Shown: positions 36,518 to 45,007 of the stretch, piece after piece
Layout of the letters: each line of letters starts with the position of its first letter
Position numbering within the stretch: position 1 is the stretch's first letter
Source of the DNA: Candidatus Xenobia bacterium
GTDB lineage: Bacteria > Vulcanimicrobiota > Xenobia > Xenobiales > QWHO01
Assembly (NCBI GenBank): GCA_045863235.1
Contig: BTUM01000019.1
Coordinates: forward strand, 1 to 64,000
Length of the DNA stretch: 64,000 nt
Reading direction: 5' to 3'
Notes under the pieces: generated by a model
The model's database searches: none
The model's input: only the letters and a program-made list of their open reading frames with translations
What the model was told of the DNA's origin: nothing
Translations under genes and position numbers: made by a program

Positions 36518-36623
36518 CCATCCCGCGCCTTGACCCGGGCTGAATTTGCACGCGCGCGACTGGGGACAATCTGTTGAACGACGCCGCGCCAATTCCTGAA
36601 GGGGTCAACGCACGGCGCCTTTA
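36518..36623 (-). repeat. REP/BIME-like element, copy B (two GGTCAA hairpins in opposite orientation plus linker)
   Basis: Matches copy A over 60 nt; second hairpin cgccgcgcc...ggggtcaacgcacggcg. Confidence 0.8.
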
Positions 36624-37445
36624 GACCCCGGCGGCTTCGGCCGCCAGAGTGCGGCCGTTGATGCCCTGACCCTCGCGGCGAATGCAGACGCCCTGTCGGG
36701 AGGGGTTCTCGAGGAATCGGATCAGGTGCCCGGTTTCGTTATTGGAAGGAATGGTACGGCGCATGGCATCGACGGCCTGGGACAAATTGAGGCCCGAACG
36801 CAGCATCAACTGGTAGCACCGTTTGAGGTCGTGGCGCACCTCGCGGGGGATCCCTCGTCGCTGCATACCGCGGATGTTCATCCCGTAAATGCGGGCCGGT
36901 TGCCCGTCTACCAGAGAGAAGGGGGGCACGTCCTGGATGACCTTGGCCAGGCCGCCCACCATGGCCAGTCGGCCGATGCGAACGAACTGGTGGAAGCCAC
37001 TCATTCCCCCGAGCACGGCCTGATCTTCCACGTCCACGTGGCCGGCCAGTCCAACCGAGTTGGCGATGACGATCTGGTTGCCCAGCGTGCAGTTATGAGC
37101 CACGTGCGTATAGGCCATAATCAGGTTGTCGTCGCCGATGGAGGTGACGCCCTCGGGCTCATAGGCGCGATGAATGGTGACATACTCACGGATGATGTTG
37201 CGGTCGCCCAGGCGAGTATACGCACGGTCGCCACTGTAGCGAAGGTCTTGAGGAGCCACCCCGATGACCGCACCGGGCCAGATCTCGTTCTCCTGGCCGA
37301 TCTCGGTCCACTCCCCGATCACGACCGAGGAGTGGATGCGGGTGCCACGACCGACCTTCACGTTGGCGGATACAATGGAGAACGGACCCACCTCGACGTC
37401 TTCGCCAAGTTGGGCCCCCGGATCGACAATTGCCGAGGGATGCAC
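36621..37445 (-). CDS. lpxA: Acyl-ACP--UDP-N-acetylglucosamine acyltransferase
   Basis: HPSAIVDPGA, PQDLRY, IREYVTIHR, HVAHNC (catalytic His), HQFVRIG, QDVPPF. Confidence 0.96.
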   Translation of the reverse strand: MHPSAIVDPGAQLGEDVEVGPFSIVSANVKVGRGTRIHSSVVIGEWTEIGQENEIWPGAVIGVAPQDLRYSGDRAYTRLGDRNIIREYVTIHRAYEPEGVTSIGDDNLIMAYTHVAHNCTLGNQIVIANSVGLAGHVDVEDQAVLGGMSGFHQFVRIGRLAMVGGLAKVIQDVPPFSLVDGQPARIYGMNIRGMQRRGIPREVRHDLKRCYQLMLRSGLNLSQAVDAMRRTIPSNNETGHLIRFLENPSRQGVCIRREGQGINGRTLAAEAAGV

Positions 37446-37473
37446 TCTAGTCAGAGCAGCGCCACTCCTCTCG

Positions 37474-38445
37474 CTAACCCGCTAACGCGATCAAATCTTT
37501 CGGCAGCGGAGCCTTGGACTTGACGATTTTCATTCGGGCCAGAACCTGCATTGCAAGCTCAAGTGCTCGTTTGCCATCCTCGCCGGTCACCAGCGGGGTT
37601 TTGTGGGTGGCCACGCAGTCGGCAAAGTGACTCAATTCGAGGCGAAGCGGCTCTTTCTTCTCAAGCTGGACAAACTCGGGAGCCATCGGATAACCGTTGG
37701 AGGGTGGGCGCAGAATGGACAAATTCTGGTTGATGAAGTCGAGGCAGAGTGTCCGGCCCGAGTCTTCGGTGACCTTCAGTTGACGCAACCGCTCTCCGCT
37801 TACCCGGCTGGCCATCAGGCTGGCGGCGGTTCCGTTCTTGAAGAGCAGATGCACCTGGGCGATGTCCTCGAAGTCGGAGTAGACGGACACGCCCACCGCA
37901 TTGATCTCCACCACGGGCGAATTGACCAGGTTGATGAGGATATCCAGGTCGTGGATCATGAGGTCCCAGACAACCCCCACGTCGAGGTTCCGGTTGGTCG
38001 GGTAGGAGAGTCGGTGCGACTCGAGGTGAATGGGCCGACCCAGGACTTCGCGCAGTTTGCCCACCGCAGGATTGAAGCGCTCCAGGTGGCCCACCTGAAG
38101 CACCAGGTTGCGCTTCTTGGCGTAGTCCACCAGGCGCTTGGCCTGAATCAGATCCACGGTGATGGGTTTCTCCACCAGAACGTGAATGTCGCGAGCCAGA
38201 AACTCCATGGCCAGCTCGTAATGAAAGATGGTGGGGGCAACGATGTTCACGGCTTCGACCCGCTCGAACAGGTCGCGGTAGCTGTTGAAGAACTGGGTAT
38301 GAAACCGGTCCGAGCAGATGCGACCGCGGGCCTCGTTGACATCGACGACGCCGACCAGCTCGGTCTGGGGAAGCTCGGAATAGACCCGGGCATGGTGCAC
38401 GCCCATGTTCCCGATGCCCACCACTCCCACTTTGACCGGTTCCAA
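37474..38445 (-). CDS. Gfo/Idh/MocA oxidoreductase (GnnA/WlbA-like UDP-sugar 3-dehydrogenase candidate)
   Basis: GVVGIGNMG, VEKP, VGHLERFNP, DLMIHDLD; TTG start after AAGGAGG; lies between fabZ and lpxA. Confidence 0.85.
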   Translation of the reverse strand: MEPVKVGVVGIGNMGVHHARVYSELPQTELVGVVDVNEARGRICSDRFHTQFFNSYRDLFERVEAVNIVAPTIFHYELAMEFLARDIHVLVEKPITVDLIQAKRLVDYAKKRNLVLQVGHLERFNPAVGKLREVLGRPIHLESHRLSYPTNRNLDVGVVWDLMIHDLDILINLVNSPVVEINAVGVSVYSDFEDIAQVHLLFKNGTAASLMASRVSGERLRQLKVTEDSGRTLCLDFINQNLSILRPPSNGYPMAPEFVQLEKKEPLRLELSHFADCVATHKTPLVTGEDGKRALELAMQVLARMKIVKSKAPLPKDLIALAG

Positions 38446-38584
38446 GACTTTGCGCCTCCTTCGTCCTGAGGCCCCGCTCCTCAACGGCGAATCCCTTGCC
38501 ACTCGCGGGAGTGCCCCGCAAGATCTGCTGGTCGAGTATTTCCCAAAACTTCGCCGGATGCCAGGGAGATCCTGTTAAAATCCT

Positions 38585-39064
38585 TCACGATTTTGTGACC
38601 GTTCCGCCATCCAGGGCGCCTGGAGAAAGCCCTGCTCCGACACTCACGGGCACGGTCTGGGAATTTGAATGCGCTTCCAGAGTAAAATCGCCCTGCATGG
38701 CCGTCTTCTCTTCAACCAGCGCCTGACACCGCAGCCGATAGCGCTCTCCTTCCCGTTCAAGCAACTCGACCTGCAGGTCGAGTCGGTCGCCCGGAACGAC
38801 CTGGCGCCGGAATTTCAGGCGCTCGATGCGCACCACTCGAAAGCCACGGCCCAGGAAGATCCAGGCCAATTGCAGCAGGCTCTCGATTTGCAGCACCCCG
38901 GGCATAACCGGAAAGTGCGGAAAATGGCCCCGAAAGTACGGCTCATTGATGGTGACGTTCTTGTAGCCGGTAGCGCGTTTCTCGTCAAGCTCCAGAACCC
39001 GATCCAAGAGCAGGCATGGGTAACGGTGGGGCAACCTCTTCCTGATTTCGCTCATCTCCAACAT
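38585..39064 (-). CDS. fabZ: 3-hydroxyacyl-ACP dehydratase
   Basis: LPHRYP.LLLDRV, KNVTINEPYFRGHFP, MPGVLQIE, FRRQVVPGD. Confidence 0.93.
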   Translation of the reverse strand: MLEMSEIRKRLPHRYPCLLLDRVLELDEKRATGYKNVTINEPYFRGHFPHFPVMPGVLQIESLLQLAWIFLGRGFRVVRIERLKFRRQVVPGDRLDLQVELLEREGERYRLRCQALVEEKTAMQGDFTLEAHSNSQTVPVSVGAGLSPGALDGGTVTKS

Positions 39065-39890
39065 CGGTCGGGTCCTCCTTCAGTACTTTGCCCACCAACT
39101 CGACATGCAAGCGGTGGCCGGCCTTGACCGCCACCACCCGGGCCATCAGATCGCATCCAAGCAGTGCCAGATCCCCCACCAGGTCAAGACACTTGTGACG
39201 CACGGGCTCGTCGGGAAAACGAAGCTCTGAGGTGTAGCCGTCGGAACGGATCACCAGAGCGTTGGACAGATCTCCCCCCCTGGCCAGACCCCTCTCGAGC
39301 AGGGCCTCGACCTCCTCCATGAAGCCATAGGTGCGAGCCGCAGCCAATCCTGAGAGGAAGCTCTCCGGGGTAGGCGTGTGATGAACCTGCTGGTAGGTGA
39401 TCATCGGATGCTGATAATGCAGCGAATACTCCAGCCGCGCCTCGGCCGCAGGCAGAGCCAGCACCAGGGCGTTCTCGTCGCCCACCCAGAGAGGTCGCGT
39501 CAGCACGTGCCGGCAGGCGGGCCGCTCCTGGCCAACGACGCCGACGGCCAGAAAGGCCTCCGCGAACGGCAGAGCAGAGCCGTCCAGAATGGGCACCTCA
39601 GGGCCCTCGATCAAGATGCGGAGGTTGTCGAGTCGAAGACCCGCGCAGGCGGCCAGCAAATGCTCGACGGTGCTGACCGAAACCCCCCCGGCCGAGAGCA
39701 CGGTGCAGCGCTCGACTGAGCTCACCCGGGCGTGCAAGGCGGGGATCTCCTGACCGTGACGAACGAACACCCGACCGGAGTCGACGGGAGCCGGCAGTAC
39801 TTCAACCCGGGCCAACTGGCCCAGGTGAATGCCCACCCCCTCGAAGCGCACCGGGGCAGCCAGTGTTTGCTGGGGCCTGCTCACTTCCAT
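38985..39890 (-). CDS. lpxC: UDP-3-O-acyl-N-acetylglucosamine deacetylase
   Basis: GVGIHLG, TVEHLLAA, EVPILDGSA, ARTYGF, EPVRHKCLDLVGDL, GHRLH. Confidence 0.96.
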   Translation of the reverse strand: MEVSRPQQTLAAPVRFEGVGIHLGQLARVEVLPAPVDSGRVFVRHGQEIPALHARVSSVERCTVLSAGGVSVSTVEHLLAACAGLRLDNLRILIEGPEVPILDGSALPFAEAFLAVGVVGQERPACRHVLTRPLWVGDENALVLALPAAEARLEYSLHYQHPMITYQQVHHTPTPESFLSGLAAARTYGFMEEVEALLERGLARGGDLSNALVIRSDGYTSELRFPDEPVRHKCLDLVGDLALLGCDLMARVVAVKAGHRLHVELVGKVLKEDPTDVGDERNQEEVAPPLPMPALGSGSGA

Positions 39891-41689
39891 TCGGTCCCTC
39901 CCGGAACTTGCAGAGGACCGGAGGTAGTCGGCTCGCCCTGCCCCGTCACGTCGTGCCATTGCAGTTCGGCCGGGTAACTCGAGGAGGCCTCGGGGAAGGT
40001 CAGCAGACGCACGACCTTCTTTTCGCCCGGCCCCAGGTCGAAGTGGCGAACCAGGCTTGGCGGAGCGCCTTGCGGCTTGCGAAAGGGGGTTTCATAAACC
40101 TTGCCGTCGATGAGAAACGAGCCGGCGGCGGGTCCGTTCAGAGGCAGAAAATAGAGACCCACCCGGACCGGGAAGGGGCGCGGATTGATCAGTGTCGTCT
40201 CCAGCCGATAAAACACCCCGAAATTGCCGGTGTTGGGCAACCCGGTTTCGAAGTCGATCAGCCAGGGATCTTCTCCGAAGCGCACCCCGACCGGGGCTCC
40301 CCCGGTGCGAAACTCGAGCTCTTCTTCGAAATATGGCTGGGCAAAGACGCCGTGGGGGTGAATCTTGAAAGGGTTGAAGGGGGCGCCCAGGTGGGGCAAC
40401 TTCTTACCGTCGTTGAAGCTGGGGGCCAGCTCGGTGCGCACTTCGACCTCCAGCGACTCGCCTTCCAGAATGCGGAGGTTGGCAAAGCCGGTCACCAGAG
40501 CCTGGGTGCCAACCTCATGGGCAGCCAGCTCCAGCTTCGTCCGCGGCGGCATGGTGAGCACGTAACCAGCGCCGTCCCCCTCTTGCTCGAGAAATCGCGT
40601 GGCCGAGGTGTGCCCTACCAGAACCTCGTTCCGACTCGGACCAGCGTACAGCGTGTTGACCAGCACCTTGACTGCCTGGTCGTTGGGGTTCTCCAGATTG
40701 ACCCACAGGTTGCGCTTGCCTTTGGAGATGTTTTTATGGCTGTACATCAGCCGGCTGGGCTCTTTCTGGCTGAACTTGTATTGCAGCAGGACCCCATCCA
40801 CGTCAACGAGTTCGGGGCGATTGGAGACCAACAGCAAGTTGGCCTCGACCGGCTCGACGTCCAGGCTGCTGACCACAACGGGCAGGCTCCTGGCGACAGG
40901 ATAATAATCCTCGCTGCCTTCGATCTTGATAGGCACGGTCAGTCGCATCATCTGGCCGCGCGGGACGGAAGGGAGCTCGCTCAAATCCCCCCCCACGCTC
41001 ATCACACAGCCCGGACGCACCCGGGCCTGCACATAGGCTTCCCGCAAGACCCCTTCGGCCACCACCGCGCCCGGGGCTGGATTGCCCACCACCTGGACGT
41101 TGACCACCTCGGGCAAGGTTCCGGCCCAGTCCTTGACGTGGACGAAGAGATAGGCCTGACCCTGGCCTCGACGCACCTTCAAGCGGGTCTTGCCCACCCG
41201 CGATCCGGTCAGGGTCAAGAGCCCGGTCTCATCGACCGCAGCCTGGACCACCCCGTTGGCGTCCTCCACCTCGATGGGCCCTTCGGCCAGGCCGGTCACC
41301 TCGATCGTGCGCGCCTCGCCAACGGGCATAACCACTCGCCCGGGAGAAAGTCGCACCAACCCATCGGCGACCAGCTCGTGCAGGTTGTTGGCCCAGCGCA
41401 GAGCCAGCTTGAGGGGGTCGCTCTGGTTGGCCGCGGCCATGCTCCTGGTGACCTCGACGATCAGCACCCCGCCCCAGAGAATGGTGGCGCCATTCTTACT
41501 CTTGACGACCTTGATGCCTTCGGGGTCGGCCCCTCGCTCGAGTTGCGCTTCGATGCGCCGGGACACGGCTTCGGCCTGCTCGGCGCTTTCCAGTCGCATC
41601 ACGACTCGATCGCCCAGAGTGACTTCCTGGGCCAGACCAGGCAAAGCCAGGGCCAGGAAAAAGACCATAACCAGGACCCGAACGCTCAC
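39881..41689 (-). CDS. Secreted hypothetical protein (602 aa) between lpxD and lpxC
   Basis: Signal peptide (ALPGLA|Q); coupled to both neighbours; beta-rich; 'SNRPE' and 'GNFGVFY' segments. Confidence 0.75.
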   Translation of the reverse strand: MSVRVLVMVFFLALALPGLAQEVTLGDRVVMRLESAEQAEAVSRRIEAQLERGADPEGIKVVKSKNGATILWGGVLIVEVTRSMAAANQSDPLKLALRWANNLHELVADGLVRLSPGRVVMPVGEARTIEVTGLAEGPIEVEDANGVVQAAVDETGLLTLTGSRVGKTRLKVRRGQGQAYLFVHVKDWAGTLPEVVNVQVVGNPAPGAVVAEGVLREAYVQARVRPGCVMSVGGDLSELPSVPRGQMMRLTVPIKIEGSEDYYPVARSLPVVVSSLDVEPVEANLLLVSNRPELVDVDGVLLQYKFSQKEPSRLMYSHKNISKGKRNLWVNLENPNDQAVKVLVNTLYAGPSRNEVLVGHTSATRFLEQEGDGAGYVLTMPPRTKLELAAHEVGTQALVTGFANLRILEGESLEVEVRTELAPSFNDGKKLPHLGAPFNPFKIHPHGVFAQPYFEEELEFRTGGAPVGVRFGEDPWLIDFETGLPNTGNFGVFYRLETTLINPRPFPVRVGLYFLPLNGPAAGSFLIDGKVYETPFRKPQGAPPSLVRHFDLGPGEKKVVRLLTFPEASSSYPAELQWHDVTGQGEPTTSGPLQVPGGTEWK

Positions 41690-42609
41690 TGGCGATCTCC
41701 CAGCAGGCGCTCGAGCTCCTTGAGCGCCTGCGGCAGCCGGTGAAGAGCGGCATACACCTCGACCGCTTCCTTCCTGTCACGCCCCGGGTACCCGGCCAGA
41801 ACCGCGCCCGGAGGCACCTTCTTACGCATCGAGCCGCAACGCGGCAAAAGCTCGACCCCGTCACCAAGCTCTACATGGCCGAGAGTTCCGCTCTGCCAGC
41901 CCAGACGGCAATCCTGCCCGATGTGGGCCGAACCGGGCAGGCCAACCTGCTCGCCGATGACGGTCCGGTCGCCAACCTGGACGTTGTGACCGATCTGAGT
42001 CAGGCTGCCAATCCTCACCTCGCGGCCGATCCGGGTGGTCGTGGTGGTGGCCCGGTCGATGCACACACCGGACTCGATGACCGAGTCGTCGCCGACCTCC
42101 ACCAGACCCACCTGAGGAATCTTGAGGTGCTGGCCCTGGTCCACCACGTAGCCGTAACCGTCGCTGCCCAGAATGGCACCCGAGGCCACTCGAACCCTGC
42201 GACCCAGGCGCACTCCTTGCATCAGCACGGCCCCCGGCTCGAGCAAGCACTCCTCGCCGACCTCAACGCCGGCGGCGACGAAACAGCACGGCCCGACCAG
42301 CACGCGGTCACCCAGGCGAGCACCGGGCTCGACCACGGCCCCGGCTCCGACGGTAACCCCCTCGCCCAACCAGGCCTCGGCCGACACGGCTGCTCCCGGC
42401 ACCAGGGTGAGACAGTCTCTGAGACGCTGGTAAAGCTGCTCGTCGCCCTGGAGCTCGACCCCCACGGTAGCGTCCCCACCTGTGCTGCCAGGAGGACCCA
42501 GCCCCCCCGGGCGGGCTCCCAGGCAGCTGATGCGCAGTTCGGGCTGGTCGGTAGTAGCGCCGAATTCTCGGGCCAGATCGACCAGACGCCAGGGTGGACC
42601 GTTTAGCAA
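41686..42609 (-). CDS. lpxD: UDP-3-O-acylglucosamine N-acyltransferase with reduced N-terminal domain
   Basis: GSDGYGY, KIPQVG, IDRAT, QIGHNV (catalytic His), GYP; start uncertain. Confidence 0.85.
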   Translation of the reverse strand: MLNGPPWRLVDLAREFGATTDQPELRISCLGARPGGLGPPGSTGGDATVGVELQGDEQLYQRLRDCLTLVPGAAVSAEAWLGEGVTVGAGAVVEPGARLGDRVLVGPCCFVAAGVEVGEECLLEPGAVLMQGVRLGRRVRVASGAILGSDGYGYVVDQGQHLKIPQVGLVEVGDDSVIESGVCIDRATTTTTRIGREVRIGSLTQIGHNVQVGDRTVIGEQVGLPGSAHIGQDCRLGWQSGTLGHVELGDGVELLPRCGSMRKKVPPGAVLAGYPGRDRKEAVEVYAALHRLPQALKELERLLGDRQ

Positions 42610-42636
42610 AGGCGATATCCTCGCACGGATGGTCAG

Positions 42637-43080
42637 CTACTTCTGGTTCAGCTTGATGAGGATGTCGGTGGTCACATTCTCACCGCTCGTGTACTGCACG
42701 GCGGGCAGATGCATGGTATCGATCACGACCACGTCCAGCCCCCGCTCGCGGGCCACCTGCTCGGAAGCCTGGGTGATGCGCCGGTAGGCGTCTTCGTAAA
42801 ACTTGCTCGAGCGAGCCTGCCACGACTTGGAGGCCCGCTGGATGCGGTCGTTGAGGTCCTTCAGCTTCCGCTTGTCAAACTCTTCCCTGGATTGGGGAAT
42901 GCTGGAGAGAAAGCTCCCCGTCTCCGCTGCCCAACTCAAGTTCATGTCACGAAACTCGGGCATCTCGCTGACCACACGCTCGGTATTGACGACGCCGACC
43001 TTCAGCTTGCGCGGCTCGCCCTGACCGCAACCGACGACCAGCAACACCAGGCTCAAGAGGACGGCTCTGGTCATGCTCAT
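42637..43080 (-). CDS. OmpH/Skp-like lipoprotein
   Basis: Lipobox VVGC; KVGVVN; ASEQVARERGLDVVV; NVTTDI. Confidence 0.8.
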   Translation of the reverse strand: MSMTRAVLLSLVLLVVGCGQGEPRKLKVGVVNTERVVSEMPEFRDMNLSWAAETGSFLSSIPQSREEFDKRKLKDLNDRIQRASKSWQARSSKFYEDAYRRITQASEQVARERGLDVVVIDTMHLPAVQYTSGENVTTDILIKLNQK

Positions 43081-43565
43081 TTCTTCTTCTCGGGCGCCTT
43101 CGGCGGAGTTTGCTGGAGTTTGAGCTCCAGGTCCTGGGTGATGCTCACCGCGCCATACTCCACGGTGGGATAGCCAGGCGTGTCCACCAACACGAGGTCG
43201 ATGCCCTTATCCTTGCTGACCGCCTCGGCCGCCTCGCTGATGTGCGCGAAACGGGTCTTGAGGAACTCCTGAGTCTTGGTGAACCACTTCTTGTCCAGCT
43301 CGGCATTCATCTGGCGGAACTTGCTCAGATCGGTCTGGCTAAGATTGCTCGGGCCTCCGGCCTCGCGAATGCGGGCGTTGATCTTCTTCTGCAACTCGAC
43401 CCGGGCCTTGGCATAGTCGCTGGCCATCTTCTGATAATCCGGGTCGCTCTGCACCAGCGAAACGGTGTTCACAGTTCCGGTCGTCAATTTGCCCGTGGGG
43501 CTGCAACCGACCAGAGCCAACAGCCCCAGCGCCACCCCCAACAATGCCGTGCGTTTCATAAACAT
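43077..43565 (-). CDS. OmpH/Skp-like lipoprotein
   Basis: Lipobox LVGC; AAEAVSKDKGIDLVL; YGAVSITQD. Confidence 0.8.
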   Translation of the reverse strand: MFMKRTALLGVALGLLALVGCSPTGKLTTGTVNTVSLVQSDPDYQKMASDYAKARVELQKKINARIREAGGPSNLSQTDLSKFRQMNAELDKKWFTKTQEFLKTRFAHISEAAEAVSKDKGIDLVLVDTPGYPTVEYGAVSITQDLELKLQQTPPKAPEKKK

Positions 43566-43569
43566 CCTC

Positions 43570-44994
43570 CTAGGGCGATTCGGGCCTGGCCTTGGTCTTG
43601 ATAGCGACCATCGCGTAGTCAGTCAGATCGACACAGCCACGATTCTCAACGTAGGTGCCGATCACAATGTCGATCTTCTGCTTCTTGGCCACTTCGCCGA
43701 TGTCGCCCTTGAGGTCCGCCACCATCTTGTCGAAAAGCTCGTTACGCTGTGTCTGGAGCTTGTCACGCTGCTCCTCGAGCACCTTGATCTTCTCCCTGGT
43801 GGCTGCCGAGAGTCCCTCTCGGGCATTGGCCTGCACGGCCTTCTTCAGCTCTTCTTGCTGCTTCTCAATGCGGGCCTTCAGCTCTTCCGACTTTGTCTTG
43901 AGCCGGGCCACGGCCACACCCTGCTCGGCTTCCATCTTCTGGCGAGCGGCAGCCGCTTCGGCCTCCATCTTGGAGCGCAGCTCATCTTGCTTCTTGGCGA
44001 TCATCGCCTTGATCTCCGGTGTCAAGGTGGGCTGCTTGGGGCGAGGGGCCGGGGGAGGGGCCCCCGCGCTGGCAGGCAGAGCCCCGATCTGGCCCTCGAC
44101 CTCGCGATTGACTTTGTCGATGGCGGCTTTGGTTTCGGCCGCCTGGCGGGCCTCGGAATCGGCCCGGAAGGTCTTGAAGCTGCCCTCGAGCTCGGCACGC
44201 TTGGCGTCCTTGAGCCGCTCTTCCTCGTCCGAGATGGCCTCGAGCTGGGCCTGCAGGTCGGCCTGCTCGGCCTCGTCCTTGGCCACCTGAACTTTCAGCT
44301 GAAGGTTCAGCTTCTCTTGCTGATGGGTCTTCATGATCTCGTCTTCGTACGCGGCGATCTCCGAGTCGATGCGGGCTCGCTCGGCCTCGCGCTGCTCGCG
44401 GTGCACTTTCTCGACCTCGAGCTTGATGGCTTGAACCTTGCGCTCGCGCAGGAGCAAGAGGTTCTTGCGCTGCTCGCCGAGAGGCGCCGGCATGTTGACT
44501 GGCTCGGCCGGCGCGGCCGCTTCAGGAGCGTTCTTCTTGATGTAGGCTTCGAGCTCTTTCTGCATCTCGGCCGAGCCCTTGGCTGCCTCAGCATCGAGCC
44601 GGGCCTTCATCTGATCGGAGAGCCCTGCCATCTCGGCCGCGATGGCCGCCTGCTCGGCCTCCATCTCGGACTGCGCTCTCATGAGCTCTTTCTTGTACTT
44701 CTCCTGGGCGGCTCTCAGAATGTCATCGCGGTCCTGCATAGGCGCGAACTCGATCTCTTGCTTGAGCCCGGCCAGTTGCTCGTCGAGTTGGGTCAAGCGC
44801 TCGTAGTCAGGATGAGCCTTGAGCAGGTTGGAATAGTCCACCACGCCCAGCGTGCCGCCCAGGGCCTCACGGACCGCAGCCTGCTGATCTTGAGCCCCCA
44901 CCGGAGTCGCCAGAAAGGCGCCCGAGGCCAGGACCGAAACCAGCGCCAATCCACTCCCCCAGCGCAACCATGCGGATCGCAAAGTGTTGTGCAT
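43570..44994 (-). CDS. Giant OmpH/Skp-like protein with ~380-aa coiled-coil insert
   Basis: Signal peptide; GVVDYSNLLKAHP at the N-end and VAKKQKIDIV..DLTD at the C-end; heptad-rich middle with two Pro hinges. Confidence 0.75.
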   Translation of the reverse strand: MHNTLRSAWLRWGSGLALVSVLASGAFLATPVGAQDQQAAVREALGGTLGVVDYSNLLKAHPDYERLTQLDEQLAGLKQEIEFAPMQDRDDILRAAQEKYKKELMRAQSEMEAEQAAIAAEMAGLSDQMKARLDAEAAKGSAEMQKELEAYIKKNAPEAAAPAEPVNMPAPLGEQRKNLLLLRERKVQAIKLEVEKVHREQREAERARIDSEIAAYEDEIMKTHQQEKLNLQLKVQVAKDEAEQADLQAQLEAISDEEERLKDAKRAELEGSFKTFRADSEARQAAETKAAIDKVNREVEGQIGALPASAGAPPPAPRPKQPTLTPEIKAMIAKKQDELRSKMEAEAAAARQKMEAEQGVAVARLKTKSEELKARIEKQQEELKKAVQANAREGLSAATREKIKVLEEQRDKLQTQRNELFDKMVADLKGDIGEVAKKQKIDIVIGTYVENRGCVDLTDYAMVAIKTKARPESP

Positions 44995-45007
44995 GACCTT
45001 GCCCTCC

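Noticed and set aside
38585..39890. Frameshifted LpxC-FabZ fusion
   Set aside because: fabZ has its own AAGGAGG RBS and ATG, and no slippery sequence is evident.
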